A DNA stretch of 64,000 nucleotides. Source: a virus (lineage: Duplodnaviria; Heunggongvirae; Uroviricota; Caudoviricetes). Under the pieces are notes generated by a model that did not search any database, had not been told where the DNA came from, and was given only the letters and a program-made list of their open reading frames with translations. Where the stretch lies: positions 1-64,000 of the IMG/VR virus record IMGVR_UViG_2814123389_000006. One strand, given 5' to 3'. A program made the translations under genes and the position numbers. Every line of letters starts with the position of its first letter. The first letter of the stretch is position 1. Below, piece by piece: positions 1 to 9,034 of the stretch.

Positions 1-390
1 TCAGAAGGTTAGGGGTTCGAATCCCTTCGGGCGCACTTCTTCGCCATCGTCGCCGGGACCCGGTTGTGGGTCCTGGCCGCTCATCACCCACAGCCAGGAG
101 CGGTTCAGCGCGCGAGCGATCGCGCTGATCTCGTGGACTGTGAAGTCGACTTTGCCGTCGAGCTTCGTCGCGAGCGATGCTCGCGATATGCCGGTTGCCA
201 TTGCCAGCTTGGCCCGGCTGATCTTGTGCACACCCATGTAGCCGCGTAGGCGTTCGCCGATGTCCTCTTTGTCGGGCTCCGGCAGCCATTCAACCAAAGT
301 GCTCATGGTCTGAGCATATTGCCGACTTCTCGACAAGTCCAGCGATAACTTTCCATTTCGGTTCAAATCCCACAGTAAGTCCACAAGCAC
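1..390 (-). CDS. XRE-family helix-turn-helix repressor (cI-like lysogeny repressor candidate)
   Basis: Complete minus-strand ORF (stop at pos 1-3). HTH motif GVHKISRAKLAMATGISRASLATKLDGK. Divergent to a second small HTH gene. Start is GTG at 390 or ATG at 306. Confidence 0.65.
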   Translation of the reverse strand: MLVDLLWDLNRNGKLSLDLSRSRQYAQTMSTLVEWLPEPDKEDIGERLRGYMGVHKISRAKLAMATGISRASLATKLDGKVDFTVHEISAIARALNRSWLWVMSGQDPQPGPGDDGEEVRPKGFEPLTF

Positions 391-444
391 GTCTATCGGT
401 GTTTGTCGTTGACAACCTGTCGGAAATCCGGCAGGGTGTACGGC
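391..444. promoter_or_regulatory. Divergent promoter/operator region of putative cI/Cro-like switch
   Basis: Perfect -35-like TTGACA at 409-414 on + strand. 9-bp palindrome GTTGaCAAC at 408-416. Short repeats TGTCG flank it. Lies between the divergent HTH genes. Confidence 0.35.
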
Positions 445-684
445 ATGCCATCGGATAGCTGGATAGACGGCGACGTCGGAGTGAACATCCGCGGCGAGAT
501 GGGCAAGCAGCGGGTCCCCATGACCGAGCTGTCCCGCCGCACCGAAATCCCACGAAGCACCCTCGCTTCCCAGATCAACAACGGCACCCTCACTGTCAGC
601 ACACTGATGCGGGTAGCCGCTGCGCTGGGCGTGGAGCCTGCGGTTCTACTGCCTGCGATCGACGCACCGGCGGTGTCGGCATGA
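403..684 (+). CDS. Cro-like small HTH DNA-binding protein
   Basis: HTH motif MTELSRRTEIPRSTLASQINNGTLTVSTLMRVAAALG. Divergent from the repressor. Alternative ATG starts at 445 and 514 would leave a longer intergenic region. Confidence 0.55.
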   Translation: MSLTTCRKSGRVYGMPSDSWIDGDVGVNIRGEMGKQRVPMTELSRRTEIPRSTLASQINNGTLTVSTLMRVAAALGVEPAVLLPAIDAPAVSA

Positions 685-778
685 TCGCCCGCCTCGGACT
701 CGCCGTCGCCTGGGCGATGACCTTCGCCTCCCCGTTCCTGTTCGGAGCTTCCCTCTACTTCGCCGCCGGCGGTCGCTG

Positions 779-1720
779 ATGAGCACCCGGATCCCCGACC
801 CTGGCCGTGAGTCCGGCTACTTCGGCGCGCTCGAGCGCACGAAGCCGGCCCAGTCATTCCGTCTCGATGACGAAACCGAGCTGACCATCACGCCCCATGA
901 CGTCGACGGCTTCCACGTTCCCGGACCCCAGTTGGCGCTGGCACTCGGATTCCGCGAGGCGTTCGACCTCATGCGGTCGCTTCCCGACGCAGAGAAAGGG
1001 TCCGAGCTAGTTCGGACCCCTGGCGGCGAGCAGATGGTCGGCTACGTCACCGAGGCCGGGTTCTACCGTGCGCTCGGTCAGCGCCAGCCCTCGCGAATCT
1101 CTCACCCCGAACTCCGCAGCCGTGTCGAGCGATTCCAGTCCTGGGTCTACGGCACCGTGCTCCCGCAGATCCGCCGCACCGGCAGCTACAGCCGCGAGCT
1201 GGATCTGTCTGACCCGCTCGCTGTCATAGAGGCTGAGTCGGCCCGTGTGCAGAAGGCCGTCGAGATCGCCCGCTCTGAGCGGGCCCGGGCCGACGAGGCT
1301 GAGAAGCGCGTCGAGATTGAGCAGCGGCACCGCCGCGCCATCGAGGGCGGCGACGGGATCCTGCTCACCGACTTCGGCAAGAAGTACTTCTCCGAGGTCC
1401 GGCACACCGATTTCTTCGAGCACCTCTACAAGAAGCGTTGGCTGATAGACCAGCGCGGCTCCCGCCACCTGCCCGACGGCGATGTCCGCAACGGCCACGA
1501 CCACGGCAAGCCGACGTACAAGGGCCGCCCGTTCATCTATGAGCACGACACCGGAAACCACGGCGGCAAGCGTCGATTCCAGCCGCGCGTCCGGCCTCAG
1601 AAAGAGATCGAGCTACGCGACGCGCTGGCGGCCGAAGGCCTGCCGGTCAATACGCATTCCACCGGCCTGGTCCTGATCTCCAACGACGAACTACGCGCGC
1701 TGGAGCAGCCCCATGGCTGA
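779..1720 (+). CDS. Phage antirepressor-like protein (Bro-N / KilA-C-like)
   Basis: N-terminal region (FRLDDETELTITPHDVDGFHVPGPQLALALGF) resembles Bro-N/AntA. Long C-terminal charged region. Sits immediately after the switch. Confidence 0.45.
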   Translation: MSTRIPDPGRESGYFGALERTKPAQSFRLDDETELTITPHDVDGFHVPGPQLALALGFREAFDLMRSLPDAEKGSELVRTPGGEQMVGYVTEAGFYRALGQRQPSRISHPELRSRVERFQSWVYGTVLPQIRRTGSYSRELDLSDPLAVIEAESARVQKAVEIARSERARADEAEKRVEIEQRHRRAIEGGDGILLTDFGKKYFSEVRHTDFFEHLYKKRWLIDQRGSRHLPDGDVRNGHDHGKPTYKGRPFIYEHDTGNHGGKRRFQPRVRPQKEIELRDALAAEGLPVNTHSTGLVLISNDELRALEQPHG

Positions 1721-2042
1721 CAACTACACGCTGTCTGCCGCCGCGCAGATCCTGTCCAACGAGTGCGCCGAGCCCTACTCCCGGCTGGGGCTGCTGAAGC
1801 TCTTGGAGAGCTACGCCTGGGTCCGCCGGGGACGTCGAAACTGCTGGACTGCAACACCGTTGGCCATATCCGAGGGCTACCTCTGCATGGTCTCCGGCGG
1901 CTTCTACTTCCGCAATGGCCAGCAGCGCGAGGGGCGACCCGTCGTCCAGATCACCCCGTCGGGCCTCGCCGAGACGAAGCGTCGCATCGACATTCTGGGC
2001 CGGATTCCCGGCCGTGCAGAGCATTCCGCGCTCATTCCCTGA
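1713..2042 (+). CDS. Hypothetical protein
   Basis: ATG overlaps the upstream stop (ATGGCTGA). Confidence 0.4.
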   Translation: MADNYTLSAAAQILSNECAEPYSRLGLLKLLESYAWVRRGRRNCWTATPLAISEGYLCMVSGGFYFRNGQQREGRPVVQITPSGLAETKRRIDILGRIPGRAEHSALIP

Positions 2043-2088
2043 ATCCCTCACAGCACCAACAAATCTCACAAGGAGCAAGTCCGCCGTG

Positions 2089-2460
2089 ATGACCCGACCC
2101 CTCAGCAAGGCCACCGTCCTCCGCGTCCTCGCCGCGATTCTGTCCGGTGGCGTGATGGCTTTCACCGGAAGCCTTTGGGCCGCAATCGAAGCCAAGGCAG
2201 ACCCGATCATCGTGGTTGTCCCGGCCCCGCAGCCTGTCCAGTTGGACCCGTACGTTCCCAACCCGCCGACCTGGTGCCCCGGTGGTGGCGGCGGTTCGGG
2301 GTGGGGTGGGTATTGCGAAGGCAAGACCTTCAAGGACGGGACGCGGCTGAACCTGCACCGCATCGGATGGGCGTGGCAGCCGTTGCGCTGCATCATCCCT
2401 GACGGTTCGCCGTTCCCGCCGCTGGCCGGCCCGGGCGGATGCGGCGGGGCACTCGGATGA
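2089..2460 (+). CDS. Secreted/membrane Gly- and Cys-rich hypothetical protein
   Basis: RBS AAGGAGCAAG precedes GTGATG. ATG at 2089. N-terminal hydrophobic signal/TM (VLRVLAAILSGGVMAF). GGGGGSGWGG motif. Confidence 0.5.
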   Translation: MTRPLSKATVLRVLAAILSGGVMAFTGSLWAAIEAKADPIIVVVPAPQPVQLDPYVPNPPTWCPGGGGGSGWGGYCEGKTFKDGTRLNLHRIGWAWQPLRCIIPDGSPFPPLAGPGGCGGALG

Positions 2461-2693
2461 GCGCCGCAGATGAGCGGCCGACACCCGGCGACGGGTGCCT
2501 GTGCTGCCGAAACAAGGGCGTGCTTCCCCCCGCCACGCTCGATGGCAAGCCGATCGGCATTCCCGGGATGGTCGACGGGGACACCGCGCTGAAGTGCTGC
2601 GACGAGTGCCTGTACGCGCTGTTTCTCGGCGGCGGCCCGGCTGCACACCCTCATGAGCTCGACGTGCCAGGCATTCTCGGCGGTGCCCGATGA
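2457..2693 (+). CDS. Small Cys-rich hypothetical protein
   Basis: ATGA overlap with upstream gene. CLCC...CC..C cysteine cluster. Confidence 0.45.
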   Translation: MSAADERPTPGDGCLCCRNKGVLPPATLDGKPIGIPGMVDGDTALKCCDECLYALFLGGGPAAHPHELDVPGILGGAR

Positions 2694-2938
2694 TCGTGCA
2701 TCTGCTCGCCTGCCCGGCGTGTGGGCCTTTCGGGATCCGGGCCCGGCGCCGTAACCGCCGAGCTGCCGACATCGGTCTCATCAACTTCCACGCGCAGTTG
2801 GCCGCCGAGGTCCGCTCCGAGCGCGCGGCGGGGAGTCGACCAATGATCGGCACGTTCGTCATGCCGTCGACCTCGGTGACTGGCCCGATCAAGTTTTCAT
2901 CGGCGGGCAGCGGTCGAGTCCAGGTGACGATCGGATGA
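2690..2938 (+). CDS. Hypothetical protein
   Basis: ATGA start/stop overlap. Positional coding. Confidence 0.4.
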   Translation: MIVHLLACPACGPFGIRARRRNRRAADIGLINFHAQLAAEVRSERAAGSRPMIGTFVMPSTSVTGPIKFSSAGSGRVQVTIG

Positions 2939-3543
2939 GCGGGCAGCGCGAGATGTGGGTGGTCGACGTCGAAACCACCGGGCTGATCACCGCCGTGCAT
3001 GTGCCGGTCGAGGTCGCCGCGGTCAACGTTCGCACCGGCGAGGTCATCGAGTTCGTTCCGTTCCTACGCGACAAGGACCTTGCTCGGGCCGAGCGGCCGG
3101 CAATGGCGATCAACCGGTACTTCGAGCGCCGGGTGTGGGACCGCGAGTTGAGTTGCACCGCAACGGTCGACGCCTATCGAGACCTGTTCGGAGTGCTCGG
3201 TGGCCAGGTGCTCGGCGGCGCGAACCCACGCTTCGACGCCGCGATGCTGGTCCGCGGTTACGCGATCGCCGCCGCGGCCGCTGACCGTGGACGGAACTGG
3301 ACCGACGAGTCCTGGCACCACCGGCTCGAGGATGTCCAGTCCTATGCCGCAGCCGTCATGCGCCTGCCGCTCGGCGACGTCCCCAGCCTGGCGCGGGTCT
3401 GCGAGTTCGTCGGCGTCGAGAACCCCCTCGAGCACTCCGCCCTGGCGGACGCACGCGCAACCGCCGAGTGCTTCCGCCGTCTCTATGCCCGCCAGAACCA
3501 GGGCGCCACCACCACTACCCACGAGGAGACCTGCCGTGCCTGA
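2935..3543 (+). CDS. DnaQ-like 3'-5' exonuclease (DEDDh family)
   Basis: Exo I motif VVDVETTG. Downstream H/D motifs (HSALADARA). ATGA overlap. Confidence 0.7.
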   Translation: MSGQREMWVVDVETTGLITAVHVPVEVAAVNVRTGEVIEFVPFLRDKDLARAERPAMAINRYFERRVWDRELSCTATVDAYRDLFGVLGGQVLGGANPRFDAAMLVRGYAIAAAAADRGRNWTDESWHHRLEDVQSYAAAVMRLPLGDVPSLARVCEFVGVENPLEHSALADARATAECFRRLYARQNQGATTTTHEETCRA

Positions 3544-3886
3544 TATCCGAGAGCTGATCGAATCGACCAAGGCCAAGCTGGGCGTCGCCGCCGAGACCGA
3601 AGAGTCGGCGGAGCACGCACTGCAGATCTTCGCGAACATGCAGGGCGTCACCCTGGGTCTGCAGCTCAAGCACATCTACGGCGGCACCGTACCGCCCGAG
3701 GTGGTAGCTCGCCGCCGGGCGAAGAACCGCCGCGCGCGTCGTCAGCGCCGCGGCAACCAGGCGGCTATCCGACGTGAGGCTCGGCTGGCGGAGTCGCGCA
3801 ACCGGACGTACCGACGTCTCGGCCGATTCGTCACCGGCAGCTTGGACCACCTGGGTCTGATCGCGGACGCCGAGGTCGTCGAATGA
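3536..3886 (+). CDS. Hypothetical basic protein
   Basis: GTG at 3536 overlaps the exonuclease stop (GTGCCTGA), in frame with track ORF 3200..3886. Arg-rich C-terminal half. Confidence 0.45.
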   Translation: MPDIRELIESTKAKLGVAAETEESAEHALQIFANMQGVTLGLQLKHIYGGTVPPEVVARRRAKNRRARRQRRGNQAAIRREARLAESRNRTYRRLGRFVTGSLDHLGLIADAEVVE

Positions 3887-4086
3887 TTATCGAGGGCACC
3901 GTCACTCGGCAGATCGACCCCGGCAACGGCACGCGCGAGGTCGAGATCCCGTTCCTGATCAACACCGAAACCGGCACCTACGCGCAATGGGGGCACGACC
4001 AGTTCGTCCTCGGCGAGAACGTCGACCTGCTGGAGGCGCTGCGCGATGCGGCGGCCGGCAGCTTCGAGGAAGCGACGCCGCGATGA
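3883..4086 (+). CDS. Hypothetical protein
   Basis: ATGA overlap at both ends. Confidence 0.4.
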   Translation: MIIEGTVTRQIDPGNGTREVEIPFLINTETGTYAQWGHDQFVLGENVDLLEALRDAAAGSFEEATPR

Positions 4087-4883
4087 AGGAGTGCAGCAGA
4101 CCGAATTGCACGAACCTCGCCCGGCCGCGTGACCGAGGGCTCTGCCAGAAGCACTGCAAGGCCGAGCGTAAGTACACGCCGCCGATGCCGACAGACCTGG
4201 TGAACGCCCACATTGAACGGCTGCGTGAGGCCGGGCTCGGCAGGCGTCGTATCGCCGACTTGGCCGGCGTGAGTCATTCGACCGTTCGCCGGGTTCGGTA
4301 CCGGAAATACACGGTGAACCGGGTCGCCGCGAAGATCCTGGCTGTCCCGGTTCCAGCCTCAACGATCAACGATGCGGCTGCACCCTATGCGTTCGTGCCG
4401 ATCGTGGGCATCACGCGCCGCCTTCAGGCGCTGGTCGCCATCGGCTACACCCAGGCGCAGTTGGCGGTCGAGCTGGGCGGGATGGAGAAGCAGGTCATCA
4501 GCCGCCTGGTCCTCGGAAAGCACCCGTATGTGTGGGCTTCGGTCGCGCGTCGCGTCGACGACGTGTACCGACGACTCGAAGCGGAACCCATGCCGACGGG
4601 CTACTGGGCGGAGCGCTCCCGGGAGCGTGCGCGGGCGAATGGTTGGCCTCCGCCCTTGGCGTGGGATCACGACAACATCGACGACCCCGCAGCGAAGCCC
4701 GATGTTCCGAAACCGTCGAAGCGTGTCGTGCCAAAGGATTTCGCCGACATCGTTGCGGACCATCGGAACTTGCGGCGGACCGACGAGCAGATCGCGCGGG
4801 CGATGGGTGTCCAGCTCGACGCATTCCAGAAGCGACTGAAGAAGGCGGGCCTGCCCCGTGAGAGCCAACTCATCGCGTCATGA
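4083..4883 (+). CDS. Multi-HTH DNA-binding protein with N-terminal Cys cluster
   Basis: ATG at 4083 overlaps upstream stop, in frame with track ORF 3987..4883. Three HTH-like repeats (RRRIADLAGVSHSTVRRV; TQAQLAVELGGMEKQVISRL; TDEQIARAMGVQLDAFQKRL). N-terminal CxxC..C..C. Confidence 0.55.
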   Translation: MKECSRPNCTNLARPRDRGLCQKHCKAERKYTPPMPTDLVNAHIERLREAGLGRRRIADLAGVSHSTVRRVRYRKYTVNRVAAKILAVPVPASTINDAAAPYAFVPIVGITRRLQALVAIGYTQAQLAVELGGMEKQVISRLVLGKHPYVWASVARRVDDVYRRLEAEPMPTGYWAERSRERARANGWPPPLAWDHDNIDDPAAKPDVPKPSKRVVPKDFADIVADHRNLRRTDEQIARAMGVQLDAFQKRLKKAGLPRESQLIAS

Positions 4884-4987
4884 CGTTCTGGTGCGACCGA
4901 TGCGGCCGCGAGTTCCAAACCAGCGAACCTCGCCACCGACTGTGCGGCCCCTGTGCCGCAGCCATCAACAAGGAGAGCCGATCATGA
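4880..4987 (+). CDS. Mini zinc-ribbon protein (35 aa)
   Basis: Not in track (below length cut-off). ATGA-coupled at both ends. Sequence MTFWCDRCGREFQTSEPRHRLCGPCAAAINKESRS has CxxC-x13-CxxC. Confidence 0.35.
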   Translation: MTFWCDRCGREFQTSEPRHRLCGPCAAAINKESRS

Positions 4988-5178
4988 CGCCAGCCAGGAA
5001 GGTGCCCGGCGAGGTGACCGCGGTGCCCCGAGGCACCGGCTACGGATGGAAGTGGCGGAGCCCCAGAGGAACTGAGCACCTCGGCGCCGAGAAATTCCCG
5101 AGCGAGAAGGCCGCGCTGGCCGCAGGGCGCCGGTTCGCACGGCGTTCCGTGACGGCGCAGGAATCGAGCAGCGAATGA
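4984..5178 (+). CDS. Hypothetical protein
   Basis: RBS AAGGAGAGCC precedes ATG 4984. In frame with track ORF 4858..5178. Confidence 0.4.
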   Translation: MTPARKVPGEVTAVPRGTGYGWKWRSPRGTEHLGAEKFPSEKAALAAGRRFARRSVTAQESSSE

Positions 5179-5618
5179 GCGCGGCGCTGTGCCCGGTGTG
5201 CCACCGGATCATCCATCCGACGAGCCGCGGCAACGTGTTCCGACATCTCGACAAGGCCGGCAACCACTGCCCGATGTCCGGGCACGAGTTCCCCGAGACG
5301 GTGTGGACCGAGAAGCTCACACGGAAGGCAGTTGCGGGCCGGTCGGGTGGGATCTGCGAGTGGTGCCGTCGGGCCCGCGCCACCGACAAGCATCACCGCA
5401 TCAACCAATCGCAGGGCGGCGGTTGGCATCCGGCGAACATTGTGGACCTCTGCCGCGAGTGCCACCACGCCGTCACCGTGAATCCGCAGTGGGCCAAGGA
5501 GATCGGTCTGTCTATCGAGCCCGGGACGGCTTCCCCCGCCGAGGTGCCGATTCAGCGCGGCGACGGCGATCTCTACCTCACCGACGACCTCATCGCACAA
5601 GCAGGAGCACGCGCATGA
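5175..5618 (+). CDS. HNH endonuclease
   Basis: N-terminal CPVCH...C..C. C-terminal HNH motif (DKHHRINQSQGG...NIVDLCRECHH). Confidence 0.7.
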   Translation: MSAALCPVCHRIIHPTSRGNVFRHLDKAGNHCPMSGHEFPETVWTEKLTRKAVAGRSGGICEWCRRARATDKHHRINQSQGGGWHPANIVDLCRECHHAVTVNPQWAKEIGLSIEPGTASPAEVPIQRGDGDLYLTDDLIAQAGARA

Positions 5619-6661
5619 CCGAACCACTCTCTCCCTTCGACGCCATCGAGCGCGGGGCACAACCGTTCCCGAGCGAGCCCGGCCAGTTGTCCGTACCTGG
5701 TCCCGTCGTGACCCCCGGGGTCTACCACAAGGGGCGCCTCGGGTTCATCGAGCCGGGATCGGATCTGCACAGCGCCACCATCAGCCCGTCGAAAGTGGCT
5801 GCAGTCCTGTCGGTCTCGCGGTGGGAGTCGGCCTACCGCCTGTGGCACCGCATCAAGGGCATCACGCCGCCGGAACCCGACAAAGACGAGTTCCGCGTGG
5901 GCCACGCCTTCGAGCCGACCCTCGCGTACTTCTGGCGCGACGAAAACCCCGGCTGGCAGTTGTCTCGCGGCGAGGTGCAGTTCGTCGGCGACGCGAGACG
6001 GTTCGGATTCCCCTACGTCTGCACCCTCGACCGACGCGCCCGCAGCGGCCAGTCCCGTCGGATCGTTGAGTTCAAGACCTGCCGGGGCATGGAGGAGTGG
6101 GGCGACGAATTCACCGACCAGGCGCCGCCGGACTACGTCTGCCAGGTCATCGCCCAGATGCTGCTGACCGGGTTCACCAAGAACCCCGCACACCTGGTGG
6201 TGCTCAACAAGATCGGGTGCGGCCACCACACCTACGTCATCGAATACAACGAGGCGATCGCCGAAGCGATCATCGAGTCCTGCCGCGCATTCTGGCAGTC
6301 GCTCGCCCTCGACGAAGCGCCGCCCCTGGACGACTCGGTCGCCACCTACGAGTGCGTCCGCGAGCAGCACCCCGAGATCGAGAAGGGCGAAGAGGCCGAG
6401 ATCCCCGTCGAGCTGGCGACCGAGTACCACGCGGCGCTGGCCAACCTCGACGAGGCCGAGAAGCGGGCGCGGTTCGCCAAGACCCAGGTCCTCGACCAGA
6501 TGAAGCGAGCCAACTTCGCGATCGCCGGTGACGCACGGGTGGCCCGCCGGCAGCCAGGTACACGCGGCGCCGTCGCTCTCTACTCCATCAAGCCGGGCAG
6601 CAAGGCCGCTGCCGCAACGAATTCCGCACGCCAACAACACGACGAGGAGATCCCAGCATGA
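5615..6661 (+). CDS. RecE/lambda-Exo-like exonuclease (YqaJ-type PD-(D/E)XK viral recombinase domain)
   Basis: ATG 5615 overlaps HNH stop; RBS GCAGGAGCAC. Motifs D..EFKT typical of YqaJ/lambda exonuclease. In frame with C-terminal part of track ORF 5189..6661. Paired with downstream RecT. Confidence 0.7.
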   Translation: MTEPLSPFDAIERGAQPFPSEPGQLSVPGPVVTPGVYHKGRLGFIEPGSDLHSATISPSKVAAVLSVSRWESAYRLWHRIKGITPPEPDKDEFRVGHAFEPTLAYFWRDENPGWQLSRGEVQFVGDARRFGFPYVCTLDRRARSGQSRRIVEFKTCRGMEEWGDEFTDQAPPDYVCQVIAQMLLTGFTKNPAHLVVLNKIGCGHHTYVIEYNEAIAEAIIESCRAFWQSLALDEAPPLDDSVATYECVREQHPEIEKGEEAEIPVELATEYHAALANLDEAEKRARFAKTQVLDQMKRANFAIAGDARVARRQPGTRGAVALYSIKPGSKAAAATNSARQQHDEEIPA

Positions 6662-7815
6662 CCGAAACGCAAGAGGTCGCAGAGGTCGAGGTGGTGGCTG
6701 CCGCCGCCCCGGCCGAGGTGGAGGAACGCACCTCGATCGCTGTGCCGATGACGCCGGAGCTCGCCAAGCTCCGCACCGAGGCAGCGATGCTCGAGGTGGC
6801 GTTCACGATGGCGCAGTCGCTGTCCAAGACCACCGCGGTGCCGCAGCGCTACCAGCAGTCATTCGTGCCGAAGGGTGAACGGGAACCGCTGGGCATCAGG
6901 GCGGCTCACAGCCTCGCGGCCGCGATCCTCTACGGCTCCGAACTGGGCATGACGGCGCTGCAGGCGGCGCAGAACGTGTTCGACGTCCACGGCCAGCCCG
7001 CGGTGTACGCCCGCACGATGGTGGCTCAGGTACGGGCGTGGATCGACAAGCGCATTGCCCAGGGCCTCACCACCACCGACCTCAAGACGGGCGACGCCAT
7101 CTGGGAGGTGTCCGCGTCCCCGACGAGCGTTGTCTGGGCCGCCCGCCGAGACGGCCGCGAGGTGTCGTCGGAGTGGACCCCGCGGCGCGCTGAGACCGCC
7201 GGGTTCACCAAGAACGAGAAGTACCAGAAGCAGCCGACCGAAATGCTGCGCGCCAAGGCCATGACGGAGACCTGTCGAATCCTGTTCCAGGACGTGCTGC
7301 TCGGCATGGCGTACAGCGTTGAGGAGCTGCAACTGGAGCACGGCGTCTCGGTGCAGGTCATTCGGCCGGCCACGAAGGCGAAGGGTGTCGGCGGCCTGGA
7401 GGCGATGCTCGCCGAGCGCAAGCAGGCCGCGATCACGGCGGAGTCTCGCCTCCAGGAGGCGGAGTCCCGCGCGGCCGCGGCTCAGGTGGACGCCGAGCGC
7501 GCGGAAGAACCGACGGTCGAGGAACCCCCGGCGCAGGAGCCAAGTCCGGCAACCGCGGAAGCGGAGGCAGCGCCCGGCGGCGGTGACGAAATCCCGCCGT
7601 CGGGCAGCTCGGACGAGCCGCCCGCCCCGGTGCCGGTGTCGAAGCCGCAACTGACCGAGGTCAAGCGGCTGCTGGCCCGGGAGACCTTCACCAACCCGAA
7701 GGCGCCCGACACGTTGGCGTACGTCGCCCAGATGGTGTCGCTCGACGAGTTGGCCTCCCTGGAGTCGCTGACCTCCGACCAGGCCGACGAGGTCATCCGG
7801 GAGCTGTCGAAGTGA
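6658..7815 (+). CDS. recT: RecT-family single-strand annealing protein
   Basis: RecT-like core (GIRAAHSLAAAILYGSELGMTALQAAQNVFDVHGQPAVY). ATGA-coupled to the exonuclease. Acidic Pro/Glu-rich C-terminus. Confidence 0.75.
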   Translation: MTETQEVAEVEVVAAAAPAEVEERTSIAVPMTPELAKLRTEAAMLEVAFTMAQSLSKTTAVPQRYQQSFVPKGEREPLGIRAAHSLAAAILYGSELGMTALQAAQNVFDVHGQPAVYARTMVAQVRAWIDKRIAQGLTTTDLKTGDAIWEVSASPTSVVWAARRDGREVSSEWTPRRAETAGFTKNEKYQKQPTEMLRAKAMTETCRILFQDVLLGMAYSVEELQLEHGVSVQVIRPATKAKGVGGLEAMLAERKQAAITAESRLQEAESRAAAAQVDAERAEEPTVEEPPAQEPSPATAEAEAAPGGGDEIPPSGSSDEPPAPVPVSKPQLTEVKRLLARETFTNPKAPDTLAYVAQMVSLDELASLESLTSDQADEVIRELSK

Positions 7816-8153
7816 GCAACGTATCGATTCCCCGCTGGGTCCTCGACGAACTCGCATCCTCGGTCGAGGAGTGGGAGAACTCGCGCGACAGCATCGAGGG
7901 TGTCCGGCGGGACGTGCTGAAGTCCGCGCAGAACGTGCTCGACGCCGCCGCCGAACAGGAACTCGCCGCGGTTGCCCCGGAGTCGTTGCAGCGCGACCAG
8001 CAGCAGCGCCGGGCTGAAGCTCTCAGCTACGCCATCGATCTCGCTCGCCTCCAAGGGTCCTGCCGGCCCACGTCCAACTCTGTCGTCGAGGTCGCAGCCC
8101 AGTTTCACCACTTCATCCAGCAAGGCATCACCAACAACACAAAGGAGAACTGA
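7812..8153 (+). CDS. Hypothetical protein
   Basis: GTGA/ATGA-type coupling. Positional coding. Confidence 0.4.
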   Translation: MSNVSIPRWVLDELASSVEEWENSRDSIEGVRRDVLKSAQNVLDAAAEQELAAVAPESLQRDQQQRRAEALSYAIDLARLQGSCRPTSNSVVEVAAQFHHFIQQGITNNTKEN

Positions 8154-8158
8154 TCGAA

Positions 8159-9022
8159 ATGTCTTGGCAAATGTGGTTTTTCCTGATTGTCGGAGCTATT
8201 GGGATCGTGGCACTGATCGGCGGCCTGTTCCTGCAGGAGCCCGGACCGATCGCGACGGGCGGCATTGCAATCACGATTGCGGTGATCGTCCTGGTGTTGG
8301 GCTGCTTCACCATCGTGAGCACCCGCAGCGTCGGAATCGTCACCACCTTCGGCAAGCCGTCGGGCGAGACCCTCGAGAACGGTCTGCACACCAAATCCCC
8401 CTGGTCGAACGTGACCGAGATGGACGGCGCCATCCAGAACGACGTCTACAACGGTGACCACCGGGTGCGGGTGCGGCTCGGCAACAACTCGACCGCCGAC
8501 GCCGACGTGAACGTGCGGTGGCAGATCAAGTCCGACGCGGCCGATGACCTGTTCGTGCAGTACAAGACGTTCGACAACGTGCGCTCCAATCTGGTGACCC
8601 GCTCGCTGCAGTCGGCCATGAACGAGACGTTCTCCACGTTCGATCCGCTCGCGGTGGAGAACGCTGACGGCGCCGACCTCGGAGTGCTGTCCGGCGATGT
8701 GCAGAAGAAGCTGAACGACAAGATCGGCGCGCAGATCGAGGTCCTGGAGGTCAACGTTCCGATCGTCGACTACGACGACGCGACCGAACAGAAGATCAAC
8801 CAGCTCAACGCTGAGAAGGCCAACACGTCGGTCGCCGAGCAGGCGAAGCTGACGGCCGAAGCGACCGCGGCAGCCAACCGGATCCTCGCATCGTCGGTGT
8901 CCAACGACCCCAACGTGATCGTGCAGAACTGCATCACGAAGGCGCTCGACAAGGGCCTGTCGGTGTGGGGTTGCTGGCCCGGCACCGGTGCCGTCGCGAC
9001 CGTTCCCGCCCCGGTGAAGTAG
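8159..9022 (+). CDS. SPFH/band-7 (stomatin/prohibitin-like) membrane protein
   Basis: Two N-terminal TM helices, then an SPFH-like domain (VGIVTTFGKPSGETLENGLHTKSPW...). Coiled-coil C-terminus. Confidence 0.6.
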   Translation: MSWQMWFFLIVGAIGIVALIGGLFLQEPGPIATGGIAITIAVIVLVLGCFTIVSTRSVGIVTTFGKPSGETLENGLHTKSPWSNVTEMDGAIQNDVYNGDHRVRVRLGNNSTADADVNVRWQIKSDAADDLFVQYKTFDNVRSNLVTRSLQSAMNETFSTFDPLAVENADGADLGVLSGDVQKKLNDKIGAQIEVLEVNVPIVDYDDATEQKINQLNAEKANTSVAEQAKLTAEATAAANRILASSVSNDPNVIVQNCITKALDKGLSVWGCWPGTGAVATVPAPVK

Positions 9023-9034
9023 CCGGCGGCCTCG

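Noticed and set aside
5189-6661. 490-aa form of the exonuclease ORF
   Set aside because: The N-terminal 142 aa overlap the HNH gene in another frame and are Arg/Pro-rich. ATG 5615 with an RBS and ATGA coupling is the credible start.
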